A stretch of 63,616 nt of DNA, filler included, from Chiloscyllium plagiosum (Eukaryota): NCBI RefSeq assembly GCF_004010195.1. It is 4 parts of one record of this genome, joined end to end, with 100 filler letters (N's around TTAATTAATTAA, not from the genome) between each part and the next. Parts side by side here need not be neighbours in the genome. Positions count along the whole stretch, not along the records: positions 29,267 to 54,477 come from NC_057713.1; 3 more parts are not named here. One strand, 5' to 3'. The notes beneath the pieces are model-generated. The model was not told the origin of the DNA. It searched no databases and saw only the letters and a program-made list of their open reading frames with translations. Numbering within the stretch: position 1 is the stretch's first letter; the number at the start of each line of letters is the position of its first letter. The position numbers were made by a program, and so were the translations under genes. Below are positions 37,250-49,019 of this stretch, in pieces.

Positions 37250-37660
37250 TAAGAAATCAGAAAATTCCACAAGATAGAAACAAAGTGTAATTAGCTGATT
37301 GGACTGCAGTTTCTAAACAAACTGGAGTGCACCAATAGCTACACTGACAGTGAATTTAAGATAGCCAAACTTGTAACATGGCTCATTTATACGCACTGGA
37401 AGTGACATATTTACAAGTAGAAACTACCCTCTGCAAAAAAACGGATTATGTTGAAGGCTTGCAGCTCCTTTGAATTACTTGGGAGATTGGAAAGGACACC
37501 TCCTGGTTGCTTTTCCCATGACAATGTGTCCGACAATTACAACTGAATTACTAGCCTGTCTGTACCCTTTTCTCTTGTAGTGTAAGTTATTTTGATCATT
37601 GAAATTTGAAAATCTTGAGCTTGTCCTGATGAGTGCAAAATGAAAAACTTTAACATTAAA
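37250..37660 (+). mobile_element. Possible ancient PLE 3' remnant ending in a decayed hammerhead
   Basis: catttatacgcactggaagtgacatattt...ctctgcaaaaaa resembles the GIY-YIG C-terminal LE..YI....P.LC.Q; ttgtc CTGATGA gt gcaaa at GAAA aactt t aaca at 37621-37655. Confidence 0.45.
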
Positions 37661-38366
37661 TATGTTTAATTTAAAGTGTAAAATGCACTCTTCATTGTGA
37701 GCTAGAACACTCAATTTCTTCAATGTGAGCAAGTATAACCACACACTTAGTAAAACTTCAGTTACTCTTGTCGGGCACCCTGCGACCATATCTCAGGGCT
37801 AGAGTTTCCTCCCACAATCCAAAGATGTGCAGGTTAGGTGAATTGGCCATGCTGAATTGCCCATAGTGATCAGGAACTGAATATTGAGTCAGTGATGAGT
37901 GGAGGCAGAATTTGTATGGCCTTTCTTTTAAGGAAATATTTTTCAAAGCCTCTCTAAATTATTCGTTAAAATTGTTATACCATTGCTCACTGCATTCCAG
38001 GAACAATGTTTTTGGTGAACTTGTATTCTGTAGTCAAGGAGAGGCTTTGAACAAGTGTAGTTTTTTTTTAAAGACTGCCATTAGACAATGCAGTACCGAT
38101 GTTGAACTAATGCTTATCTACCAATGATAATTTTACTTGCAGTACAAAACTGATCTGCTGATAGACAAAGTGTCTCATTTACAGCAACTATTTTGTTCTT
38201 TTCTATTCTGCTGCAGTCTTTGTTACTACTGCTTTCTCTTCCTATTCTGTATGGGTTTCATGCATCTCTTACTGAAGCGCATGTATCATGACTTGTTTCC
38301 AACTCTTCTTAAATCACTTTCTTTTTCCCCTGTGAGTCCCTTCTCTGTTTTGACCCTTTCAGCAAA

Positions 38367-38697
38367 GGACAGCACAGTAGCTCAGTGGTTAACACTGGGT
38401 TTAATTCCAGTCTTGGGAGACTGTGTGGAGTTTGCACATTCTCCCAGTGTCTGTGTGGGGTTTCCCCTGGGTGCTCTGCTTTCCTCCCACAATCCAAAGA
38501 TGTGCAGGTTAGGTGAATTGGCCATGCTGAATTGCCCATAATATTCAGGGATGTGTAGGTTAGGTGCATGAGTCAGGGGTAAATATAGGATAACAGGGAT
38601 GGGGAATGGGTCTGGGTAGATTACTGTTTGGAGGGTTGGTATGGACTTGTTGGGCTGAAGGGCCTGTTTCCACACTGTGGGGATACGATGATTTATG
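38367..38697 (+). mobile_element. HE1-like V-SINE (a further fragment lies at 37800-37870)
   Basis: ggacagcacagtagctcagtggttaacactg head, V-domain, gggctgaagggcctgtttccacactgt tail. Confidence 0.85.
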
Positions 38698-39413
38698 AAA
38701 TCCCTAAATCTTTCGAAGTGACATCCCTGATCTATTTTCTTTTGCAAAGCCCAAGATTCTTTCTGCAAGATCACCCATGAGTGCTGTGTAATCATGGTAG
38801 GGAGAGGTTTTCTTGAAAACCATAACGCGGGTACATAAATATATCATCATTAGTAAGTCAAACAGGAAAACCAGAAGGAAACTCTTTACCCCGAGAATAG
38901 CTAGAAAGCAGAAACTGCTAGCACAGAGAGAAATTGAGGTGAATGCGGGTAAAGCCACATAATCATGATGGAAGAAAGAATAGAAAGGTATACCACAGTG
39001 AAAAGGAGGAGGGAAGCTCAAAAAAATCAGAAATCAACCAGCTCAAACAATTCAAAGTTCAGAAATGCAATAATAAATCTTACATTTATAGCATCTTTCT
39101 CAATCTCAGGATGCCCCAAAAGATTTTGTTTTTGGTGGTTCGGATAAAAGATGAAAGTGGGAGGCGGCAGAAGAGGAAAGACAAGCATTGCACCAGCAAG
39201 CACTTCAGTGACCAAGTCGAAGGGACAAAATGTGTTTAGTGCCAGCCTCAGTTCAATGAGTCACCTTATGATTCAGACAGTTATGGATTCAAGTCCCATT
39301 TCAAGAACAGAACATGACAACCTAAGTTGATGAAATGCAGCACTGTAAAAGTGCAATGTTTTGGAGACCCTACCTGGGGTGCAGAAAATTGCATGGCATT
39401 ACCTGAAGAGGAG

Positions 39414-39918
39414 AAAATGAGGTCTGCAGATGCTGGAGATCAGAGATGGAAATGTGTTGCTGGAGAAGCGCAGATCAGGCAGCATCTAGGGAACAGGAGA
39501 ATCGACGTTTCGGGCATTAGCCCTTCTTCAGGAATGAGGAAAGTTTATCCAGCAGGCTAAGATAAAAGATAGGGAGGAGGGACTTGGGGGAGGGGCGTCG
39601 GAAATGTGATAGGTGGAAAAAGGTCAAGGTGAGGGTGATAGGACAGATTGGGGTGGGGGCGGAGAGGTCGGGAAGAAGATTGCAGGTTAGGGAGGCGGTG
39701 CTGAATTTGATGGATTTGACTGAGACAGGCTGGGGGGAGGGGAAATGAGGAAACTGGTGAAATCCGAGTTCATCCCTTGTGGTTGGAGGGTTCCTAGCCG
39801 GAAGATGAGGCGTTCTTCCTCCAACCGTCGTTTCGCTGTGGTCTGACGATGGAGGAGTCCAAAGACCTGCATATCCTTGGTGGAGTGGGAGGGGGAATTG
39901 AAATGTTGAGCTACAGGG
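39414..39918 (-). mobile_element. 5'-truncated PLE (GIY-YIG C-terminus plus pLTR with tail); 10-bp TSD
   Basis: ORF MQVFGLLHRQTTAKRRLEEERLIFRLGTLQPQGMNSDF; tgaagaggag at 39404-39413 and 39919-39928. Confidence 0.92.
39500..39535 (-). ncRNA. Minimal type I hammerhead ribozyme motif
   Basis: AUUC-CUGAAGA-A-GGGC uaau GCCC-GAAA-CG-UC-GAUU. Confidence 0.8.
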
Positions 39919-41579
39919 TGAAGAGGAGCAAGGGAACTTTCTCAAAAACATAATCCTCAACCAATTTAAATTTAAAAATAGATTATCTAGTATACATCAG
40001 ATAGCTGTCTGTAGAATTCTACGGTGTCCATATTAGATGTGTGTTTCCTAGATTATAACAGCGCTTACAGTTCAAGTTTTAATTAGCTCCAGGGTACTTT
40101 AGAATACCTAATGATAATGAAAGCAGCCTGTAGAAATGCAAGTTTTTTTTGTTAATACATGAAAGTAAAATAGTGACTATGAGCAGCAGCAGCAGCAACA
40201 ACGGTGGCTACAAATAGTGAGAAAGATGGGAACTGCATTTTCTTCATCTACGTGAACAAAGAATTCTCAGTGCACTGTGAAGATGCAGTAGAAAGTAAAA
40301 CCCAGTTTCAGTGATGTCTCATATTACGATACAGTAATGTCATCTTCTATTATTGACATTGCAATATCACCAGCACTCCATAAGCATTGACACCTCGAAT
40401 TCTGACTTGTGGGTTTCCACAGAAAGGGTCACAGGGAATCCAAACATCCCAACTTTGATAGACCATTACACTGTCTTAACTACCTTGCTAGCATCATACT
40501 CTACACTAGGTTTAATTTTATTATGCACAGTTGGGCTTTGGTTACCAGGCACAAGTCCTTTAGAGATTAGATAGGAGAATCCAGTAATGTGTCACCATGC
40601 AACAGATATATCACAGAAAAGTTTAAAAAGCGGTGTTAGAAATAATTAAATTGCAAGAAAATTTCAGTTCATTTTAAAAGGTTTGCGTGAATAATTACCA
40701 TTCAAGTGCCAGTGGGATCAACAATAACCCATAAAATAAGCCAAGAGTCAATGCCCACATTTTGTGGTAGCAATGACAGCAAAACTGTTAGCTTCCATAT
40801 AGTTACTCCAGTGAAGTTGAGAAAAAACTGAAGGCTGCATATGTGCAGAGAAACATAGAGATACAGAAGTTTCTGTTAATGATTTAGCACTTCTCCAGGA
40901 GGACTCACTGTAAAAAATCCCTCGGGAGTAGGATCAGTAAACAATCAGCAAGTTGGTGAAGATTTCTATTTTATACTGTTAACTCTTGCTGTAAAAATAC
41001 TTGAAAAAGTTACACCTTATTGAATAAGCAGGAGTTGTTTAAAGCAGTGTAAATTCATAACTGAAGCTAAGCTGGTCTGAAAATATAAAATTATATTTGT
41101 GTCATGTTAGATTTCTGGATCATGGAAGTTGCACTGTTCAGAAAATCTAAAAGCAAAGGATAATTTCTGCTTTTAACTTCCTGGTTTACTATTTGTAAGA
41201 ATTCTTCAATGTTTACCCCACCTGATGACAGCATGACTAATGCACATCTGAAGATATCCTTGACTTGATGCCAGATCCAAACTAATGCCAAGAGGGAAGG
41301 CCATGGCACAGAGATTACTAGATCTTTGCAGAAAGAGACCAATAGTGAATACAGTTGCTTTGCCAGTCACGGCAAAATCCAGTCCAATGCCTTTAGGACT
41401 GGAGGAAGAGAAAGGAAATGATTGTTCAAGAGCAATACTGCGGCTCTCTTGATGACTCCAAGAGGTAAGCATGGGCCATAAAGACAAACCTTTCCAATAT
41501 TGAACTATTAATTGAATGTTAGAAGCAAGACTTCTCAAGTGGTCTCAGCCATTCTGAGGCTTGTGATTGGAATGCAAAA

Positions 41580-44420
41580 GTCACATGAACATACAAAATA
41601 GGAGCAAATGTTTACCAGTCAGTCAACCATTTGAACTCCTCCACCATTCAACAGGATCATGGTTGATAGGTCTGTGTTTCAAATTCCACATTTGCATTGA
41701 CCCCCAAAATCCTAGATTCCTCCAACTAACATGTTATCTACCTGGATCTTAAAATATTTGGTGACCCCATTTCCACTGCATCTTGTGGCAAAGAATTTCA
41801 AAATCTCAATCTTCAGTGAAAAAAATTCTCATCTCTATCCTAAAATAGTGTCCAAAGTTCTGGGCTCACCCATGAGAGGAAATGTCCTTTGCACAGTCAC
41901 CTTATACACACCAATCAAGCTACCTCTCACTCTTCTAAACTCCAGTGGAAAGAAGACCTGGTTTGTCTAACATTTCCTCGTAAGCCAATCCTTTCATTCC
42001 AGATATAGAGTCATAGAGATATACAGCATGGAAACATGCCCTTCGGTCCAACTTGTCCGTGCCGACCAGATAACCCAACCCAATCTAATCCCAACTGCCA
42101 GCACCCAACCCATATCCCTCCAAACCCTTCCTATTCATATATCCATCCTAAAGCCTCTTAAATGTTGCAATTGTACTAGCCTCCACCACTTCCTCTGGCA
42201 GCTCATTCCATACATGTACCACACTCTGCGTGAAAAAGTTGCACCTTAGATCTCTTTTATATCTTTCCCCTCTCACCCTGAACCTATGCCCTCTAGTTCT
42301 GGACTCCCCACCTCAGGGAAAAGACTGTCTATTTATGCTATCTATGCCCCTCATGATTTTACAAACCTCTATAAAGTCACCACTCAACCTCCGACGCTAC
42401 AGAGAAAACAGCCCCAGCCTATTCAACCTCTCCCTACAGCTCAAATCCTCCAACCCTGGCAACATCCTTGTAAATCTTTTCTGAACCCTTTCAAGTTTCA
42501 CAGCATCTTTCCGATAGGAAGGAGACCAGAATTGCATGCAATATTCCAACAGTGGCCTAACCAATGTCCTGTACAGCTGCAACATAACCTCCCAACTCCT
42601 GTACTCAATACTCTGGCCAATAAAGGAAAGCATACCAGATGCCTTCTTCACTATCCTAACTACTTGCGACTCCACTTTCAAGGATCTATGAACCTGCTTT
42701 CCAAGGTCTCTTTCTTGAACATCAATATAGCAAACCTCTGATAGTCTCCAATGCATTTATTTCCTTCTTTAAGTAAGGAGACTAAAGCTGTACACAGTAT
42801 TTGAAATGTGACCTTATCAAGTAAGCGTAATATTCTTACTTATATGTTCAATTACTCTCATAATAAAAGATGAGGATCCCATTAGCTGTTTTAACAATGT
42901 GCTGTACCCTTCATGCTAACTTTGTGGCTCATTCAGCAGAACACTTGAATACTTCCTTGGAATTCTTCAGTTGCTCGCCATTTAAGTAACAGTCTGCTTC
43001 TTATTTCATGTTGCCAAAGTAAATGACGTCATAATTTTCCACATTATTCTTCATGTGGAATATGATGGAGAATCACATCATCTAGCAAATTTTGCCAACT
43101 TACTCGACCTATTCATATATGGCTGTAACTTCCTTCTGTTGTTTTCTAAACAAAATTTTCTAGCTTTTTTAGCATCATTTGCAAATTCAGCTACTATGCC
43201 TTTGCACCCCTTATCCAAGTCATCAATGCACACTGCAATGTTGAAGCCCTTGGACAGACCCCTGGGGGATTCTACACATGATAATCTGTCAAAGATCCAT
43301 GTATGTATATACTCTATTTTCTAAACAGAGAGAACCTAATCTTCTTTCCATGCTAATATGTTATCTGCTACCATGAACTTTTATTTTTCACTATAAATGT
43401 TTGATGTGGCACCTTATCAAAGGTCTGTTAGAAATTTAAGTATGGGTCCTACACTTCATGGTCTTCTTACAATATATCTCCAGCTGCCCTTAATCCTTAA
43501 CATAGTTATTCTTTTAAACAAATTTCAATAAATTAATTAAACATTGTATCAAAGGGAAATAATCAGGTTGACTCTTTCCAGTCACTTTGCGTTTTTCCCC
43601 AAGTGTGCAGCTCTACTCACCTTAAATGATCAATTCTAGCACCTTCCCCATGACAGAGGTTAACTGGTCTACAGTTTCCTGCTTTTTTGAATAGAGGGGT
43701 TATATATGTGTTACTTCCCAGTCCAATTGAATCTTTCCTGAATCTAAGCAAGTTTAGAAAATTAACACCAACGCACCTAGTTCCTCATTCGCCACCTTGT
43801 TCAAGACCCTCGGAGAAAGTCCATCAGGGTCTGGAGATTTGTCAGCCCACAGCTCCATCAGTTTGCTTAGGACCGCTTCCCTTGTGAATTGTACTTTCAC
43901 TAAGGAGCTCTCTCCTCTCCATTCATGATGTACAACTATTAGTGGAATAGTTTTCTATTCTCTACAGTGAAGACACAAACAGAATACTTATTAATTTCAT
44001 CTGCTATTTCAACATCCATTAACTTCCTCACTACTCACTTTACTTACTCTTTTACTTTTTAAAAGACCTGAAAATACTCTTATCTATTCCTAGCAAGCTT
44101 CTTCTCATACTCTAATTTCTTCCTCCTGATCAATCGTTAAGTGATCCTCTAGGGTTTCTTTTTATTTTCTGACCAATCTTCTGCCTTGACACTCATCTCG
44201 GCACAATTATACACCTTTTCCTCAAGTTTGATACTTTATCCAATTTAGTTAACCACAGATGGGGTGCCCTTGCTTGAGGGATTTTTCTTTATTGTGGGAA
44301 GATATTTATTTTGAGCATTCTGACAGGTTCACCTAAACGTTTGCTAATATGTCTGTATTGATCTGTCCACTAGCTCTGTGCACCAATTCACATTAACCAG
44401 CTTAGTTTTCCTACCCACAA
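41580..44420 (-). mobile_element. Old CR1 LINE interrupted by a younger HER1 copy
   Basis: 3'UTR at ~41585; RT-like ggcaccttatcaaagg (FDKVP reversed) and gttaactggtctacagtttcctg (NxRPVNL reversed). Confidence 0.7.
42006..42714 (-). mobile_element. HER1/CR1 3' fragment
   Basis: ORF 42397-42756 LYRTLVRPLLEYCMQFWSP...LERVQKRFTRM; tagagtcatagag terminus. Confidence 0.93.
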
Positions 44421-44673
44421 CTAACTGGGTTTCATTGGGATAGACATGCAGCATTCTTTGTACTCAAATGTTTATTGGAGAAGATAACATTTGATAGAGA
44501 CAATCAAAATAATGAGGGGCTCAGATAGAGTAAATTCGGAGAAACTGTGCCACTTCATTAAAGGATCCATAGAGAGAGAGGGTGTGTGCAGAAGAACAAA
44601 TGAAAAAGTGGAAGAGATTTAAGGGACTGGCAAAAGAAACAAAGAAGTTCATACACATACGCACACACACATG

Positions 44674-44893
44674 CAGTAGACCCGGCCTCCCCCACAACCT
44701 GCGGGGGTTACGTTCCAGGACCTACTGCGCAAACCCGAAACCATGGATAGGAGCGAACCCATTCATTTAAATGGGAAATGTACCTTCCCGGCAGCCTCCT
44801 GGTCCTGGAACTTTCCCTATATGTTCCAGCCGTGGTAAACCGCAGGTCAGTGAAACCATGGAAAACAAATCCACGGATATGGGGGTCGCCCTG
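44674..44893. mobile_element. Tigger/pogo-type (MER2-like) MITE inserted in an old CR1 3' fragment (44460-45030)
   Basis: Starts CAG, ends CTG; gcgggggttacgttccaggacc...aaaccatggata and aatccacggatatgggggtcgccctg resemble MER2-type subterminal motifs; flanked by TG on both sides. Confidence 0.65.
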
Positions 44894-45469
44894 TGCACAC
44901 ATGGAGCAAGTGGTTAAAATCTACAACGCAGCCAGAGAGCATGATGGAGACGGAATCAAAACGATGTAGGATAATTATTGGCAGGAAAAAAAACTGCAGA
45001 GTAGGGTCAGGTAAGTGAGACTAGCTAAGATGCTCAATAGTCTTAATTGCCTACATCTGTGCTTTGGAGAATGATTTTGTAAATGTACCCCAGCAAAAGG
45101 CAAATATTTTCTGGTAAAGACAAGACAAGAGAAAACTAGTTGAATTGTGAAGTTTAAAGTAACGACTAATGGGTTGATGGGGTTAGGGAAGGAAGACTGT
45201 GGAACAGAGACAAGATGATAATCTGCATTTGTTAATATCAATTTTAAAAAGTCAGACAATAATACGAGGAGCTGAATCTTACAGTGAATCCACTTATCAA
45301 CTCTCAATCCAAGTTTACTGAAGCATCACATAGCAGCAACTTGAGAGACAGATAAAAGTGCAATGAATGTGGTTAGCATGGAAAAAAAGAAATAATGCAA
45401 GCATGTGTGAAAGGTGGGAGAAAAACTAACAAAAAGGGGATAAAGAAAAGAAATCATTGAAAGAGTATA

Positions 45470-45820
45470 TTTCAAAAGCATCTTTCATTATCTTGAAACT
45501 TTCCAGGCAAAGACATGTTTTAGAAGTATTGTTTACATTGTAGGAAGCACAGCAGCCAATCTATGCACAGCAAGTTCCCACAAACACCATGCAGTTAGGA
45601 CTCAAATGGCTACTTCTGTCGTATCAATTGAAGACTCCCTTGTTCTTTTTTGAATTAGTGTCACTGGATCTTTTATATCTACCCAGGAGAGGGGCTCCAA
45701 CATGTCATCACTTGAAAAGAGGTACATCTAATAGTGTAAGCCTAGCCGTGTGTTCAGGTTTGGAGCGAACCTATAACCACCTGATTCAGACCCGTCAAAT
45801 TGCCTACTAATCAATGGCTG
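45470..45820 (-). mobile_element. Deu-domain SINE remnant
   Basis: gcagccaatctatgcacagcaagttcccacaaaca core. Confidence 0.55.
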
Positions 45821-45929
45821 ACATTGATTGTAGAAGAAATAACTTTAATAATAAAACAGCTTATTTTACATAGGCACAAAGCAGAGAACAAAATGACAAA
45901 GTAGCTCATGCGGCAGCATTGCTCACCTT

Positions 45930-46455
45930 CGTTCTCAACGGAAATCTCAGTGACAATCTGTACTTCTGCAGTCCAGGCCAATGTCTGACGTTGTACCCTC
46001 TTTCAAATTTGATGTCATCCAAACCTCTGCTGCCCATAACTCAACTCTTGCTACGTCCTATTCAGCGATCACCTGTTCTTGCTGATCTACATTGGCTCTC
46101 GGCTTTCTGCTAAGCATCACCTCCATTTCAAGTTTTACTTGCAAATTTTCCACAGCCTCATCTTGCTCTCTATCTTTGAGATTTCCTACAGGTGCATTGT
46201 CCTCCCAGATATCATTGTGCATTTCATTCTGATAACTGGCACATCCAGTTTTCATTGCTGTCACTGGTAGCCTTGCCTTTGGATGCCTAAGTCCAGAGCT
46301 CTGGAATTCCCTTGTTACACCTCTTTTTCCTTAAAATGTTCCTGAAAACCTACAGTTAAGTTTTTGGCCATGAGATTATTTATGTAACCAAGATCTATTT
46401 TTGATTGTTTGACATTTTATTATTTGAAAGGTGCTATATCAATGGAAACTGTAGA
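45930..46455 (+). mobile_element. Old L2-like LINE 3' fragment
   Basis: SPVLADLHWL motif; ctctggaattccct; tail aaaggtgctatatcaatg. Confidence 0.6.
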
Positions 46456-47519
46456 TATTGTGGTGTACTTGACAACTGAAAATTACACTCCAGATCATAT
46501 TTATAAGTTGTTCACTTCAGAAAAATAGTGGAATGAATATAGAATATACGGAAAGCAAAATTTAAACAAACATGATTACATCGTAGTTGAACACTGTACA
46601 AACTGTGCATTCAGTTTCCATCACAGCTTTCCCAAGACAAACAATCGTTAAACAAATGCATCTGATCTTCAAATTGTATCTCGACACCTAAAAGAAAACC
46701 TGTACCTCGTAATTAAGGAAATTTACCTTCAGAAATGTTGCTGAATTACTAAGTTCAAACAGTGACCACTAGAAATTCAAATATGTTTAGTGAAACGTAA
46801 ACTTGGAACTAGCTCAGATTCTGCATTATTAGTTTAAACCTCTGCTGGATGTGGGTTTTCAAGTACATTTTTATCCTTTATTTGCTCTTTATTCAATTCT
46901 TTGAGCACTTATTAATTCCTAAGCTTGGAAGTGGAAGGATATCTGCATATAACAGATCAAAAGTAGCTTTACCTAGTCATATGGAATACTCAGGACATGA
47001 AAGGCACGATTAGATACACGATACAGTCAAGCTTGCAGACAGAGTTAATGAACCATGAAAAGATTCAAAAGTCAGGTCAAGGCTTGCAAGAATGACTCTT
47101 AAATGACAAATATTGACACTGATTGACAACAGAAAGGATGATTCCCTAGCTTGCTCTGGATGGGATTACAAATCATAAAGACACAAAATAAACCAAAGGT
47201 TTTTTAATTAAAGTTCTACAGGCATGGCAGTGCTGAGAGTCCAAACACTGGTTTTGTTTCAACATTGCTTGAAAGGCTAACCTATTCTTCCATTTATAGT
47301 AACTGAAATAAGGTGGGCGATTATCCAAACAATTTGCTTTTTGTAATACAGGTGAGAGATTTATAGGATTATGATATTTTACAACCTTTTGTTGTTTTTT
47401 TTTAAAAAAAAGTGTTATACCTTCAAATGTTGATTAAAAGAAAGACCTTGTGACCCACACCAGAAAGTATCAACCTGGGTTGTTACATCAAGGGAAGATT
47501 ACATTGTGGTATTGAAGTC

Positions 47520-48065
47520 AAGATGGTGGCAGAGTAGGGTCCCAAGGCAATGGGGGAGATCACAGAAGTGGCAGTTTCAGCAGCAGCATCATCATGAACA
47601 GACAGCTGAGGTCTCCCTGAAGCATGGTAGCTCCTGTCAGGTCCCAGCCTGGCTTCCTGGCAGTTCATGGCAGTGTCATGGCTCAGCGTGCGAGTGGATC
47701 CTGCCCGGGCATGTTCCCAAGGCAATGGGGGAGATCAGAGAAGTGGCAGTTTCAGAAGCAGCATCATCATGAACAGACAGCTGAGGTCTCCCTGAAGAGC
47801 GAGATAAGTAGAGGACTCAAAGACTGTTGAACTTTTAACTTATTCCTTCGTTGTCCTAGCATAAACTAAGGAAGACTTTAATATAAACTATGTCTTTATT
47901 TTTCTACTATTCTATGAAGTAATTTTTAACTCTAATTTCTCTTACTATATTGTACCTAAGCTTATTTTGTACCTAGGTACCATCCTAGGTACCCTAAGAT
48001 GATGCCATGTGTGGTGACATCATGCACTTTTCACTGTACTTGAGCACATGTGACAATAAAATTTA
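47520..48065 (+). mobile_element. Putative non-autonomous retroelement with an internal 83-bp direct repeat
   Basis: Starts aagatggtggc; LINE-like tail tttcactgtacttgagcacatgtgacaataaa; repeat at 47540-47622 and 47715-47797. Confidence 0.5.
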
Positions 48066-48271
48066 AAATTTGAAAGGGAGGCGCCAAATGTTAATATCTG
48101 GATACAACGATGCTTCTCAGTCCACCACAAAAAGACTAAGTCTCCTAAAAATCAGAAAGATGTTCTTGGTATCAGTTGTGCTGCCACCATCCTGACTTCA
48201 ATAACACAATGCGATTCTCCCTTTGATGTAACAACCCTAATCAGTCTGTAGCTGACTAGGAGTCAGAATAG

Positions 48272-48362
48272 AAAAATGTGTTGCTGGAAAAGCGCAGCAG
48301 GTCAGGTAGCATCAAAGGAGCAGGAGAATCGACGTTTCGGGCATAAGCCCTTCTTCAGGAAT
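48272..48362 (-). mobile_element. Tail-less solo PLE pLTR fragment
   Basis: Matches 5435-5525 almost exactly. Confidence 0.88.
48327..48362 (-). ncRNA. Minimal type I hammerhead ribozyme motif
   Basis: AUUC-CUGAAGA-A-GGGC uuau GCCC-GAAA-CG-UC-GAUU. Confidence 0.8.
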
Positions 48363-49019
48363 CAGAGTACAAAGACAGAATGTTAACCAGCCCTGTACTT
48401 GATACCGTGAATATCAGCTGTATTTCTAAATATAAATGAGTTACGCACAATATTGGAAAAAAATGTTTTTTGTTTTCACCTTACATAGCATAAACCTTTA
48501 ACTGTCATATCTTCATAAAACTTTCAAATGTTCACTGAAGTATATTGTTGAAAAGAAAGCCAGGTCATTAGTTTTTATTCTTCCAAAGGATAAGTGTGTC
48601 ACTGGAGCATTATATTCTATGATAAACTAGTGATAAGCCACATTGTTGAATCAAGCCTTTTGCCTTAAGCTGTTCACCACATGAGGTGTGTGACTGATAG
48701 CTCTTGTTGAATTTGACTTCAAATTATGTATGTGTTAAAGCAAGATAGAGGAGTTGTTCAGGTAAAGTTACAAGGAGAACTCAAGGAAGACTCTCAGTTG
48801 AAAACAGTACAGATATCATAAAAGCACTTCAGTGTGGTTCCAGGAGACTGAATATTGACTTAAGGAAATAAGTAAAAAGAAGAGAATTTTTGGTCATCAC
48901 TAAAAGCAGGAAGGGGCAAACATGTCTTGGTCATTTGAAGTTTAAAAGTTTTTAAGTTTTTTCATCATTGATATAGTAAAAATAATTTCAAGTCAGAAAT
49001 TTAAACAATTTCTTTAGCG

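Larger units (their letters stand above)
39240..40150 (+). mobile_element. Old Deu-domain SINE split by the PLE at 39414-39918
   Basis: Head ggattcaagtccca; tgaagaggagcaaggg continues after the PLE; tail gaaagcagcctgtagaaatgcaagt. Confidence 0.55.

Noticed and set aside
47540..47797. Repeat-spacer-repeat as a CRISPR array
   Set aside because: Only two 83-bp units, in a vertebrate context, with no cas genes
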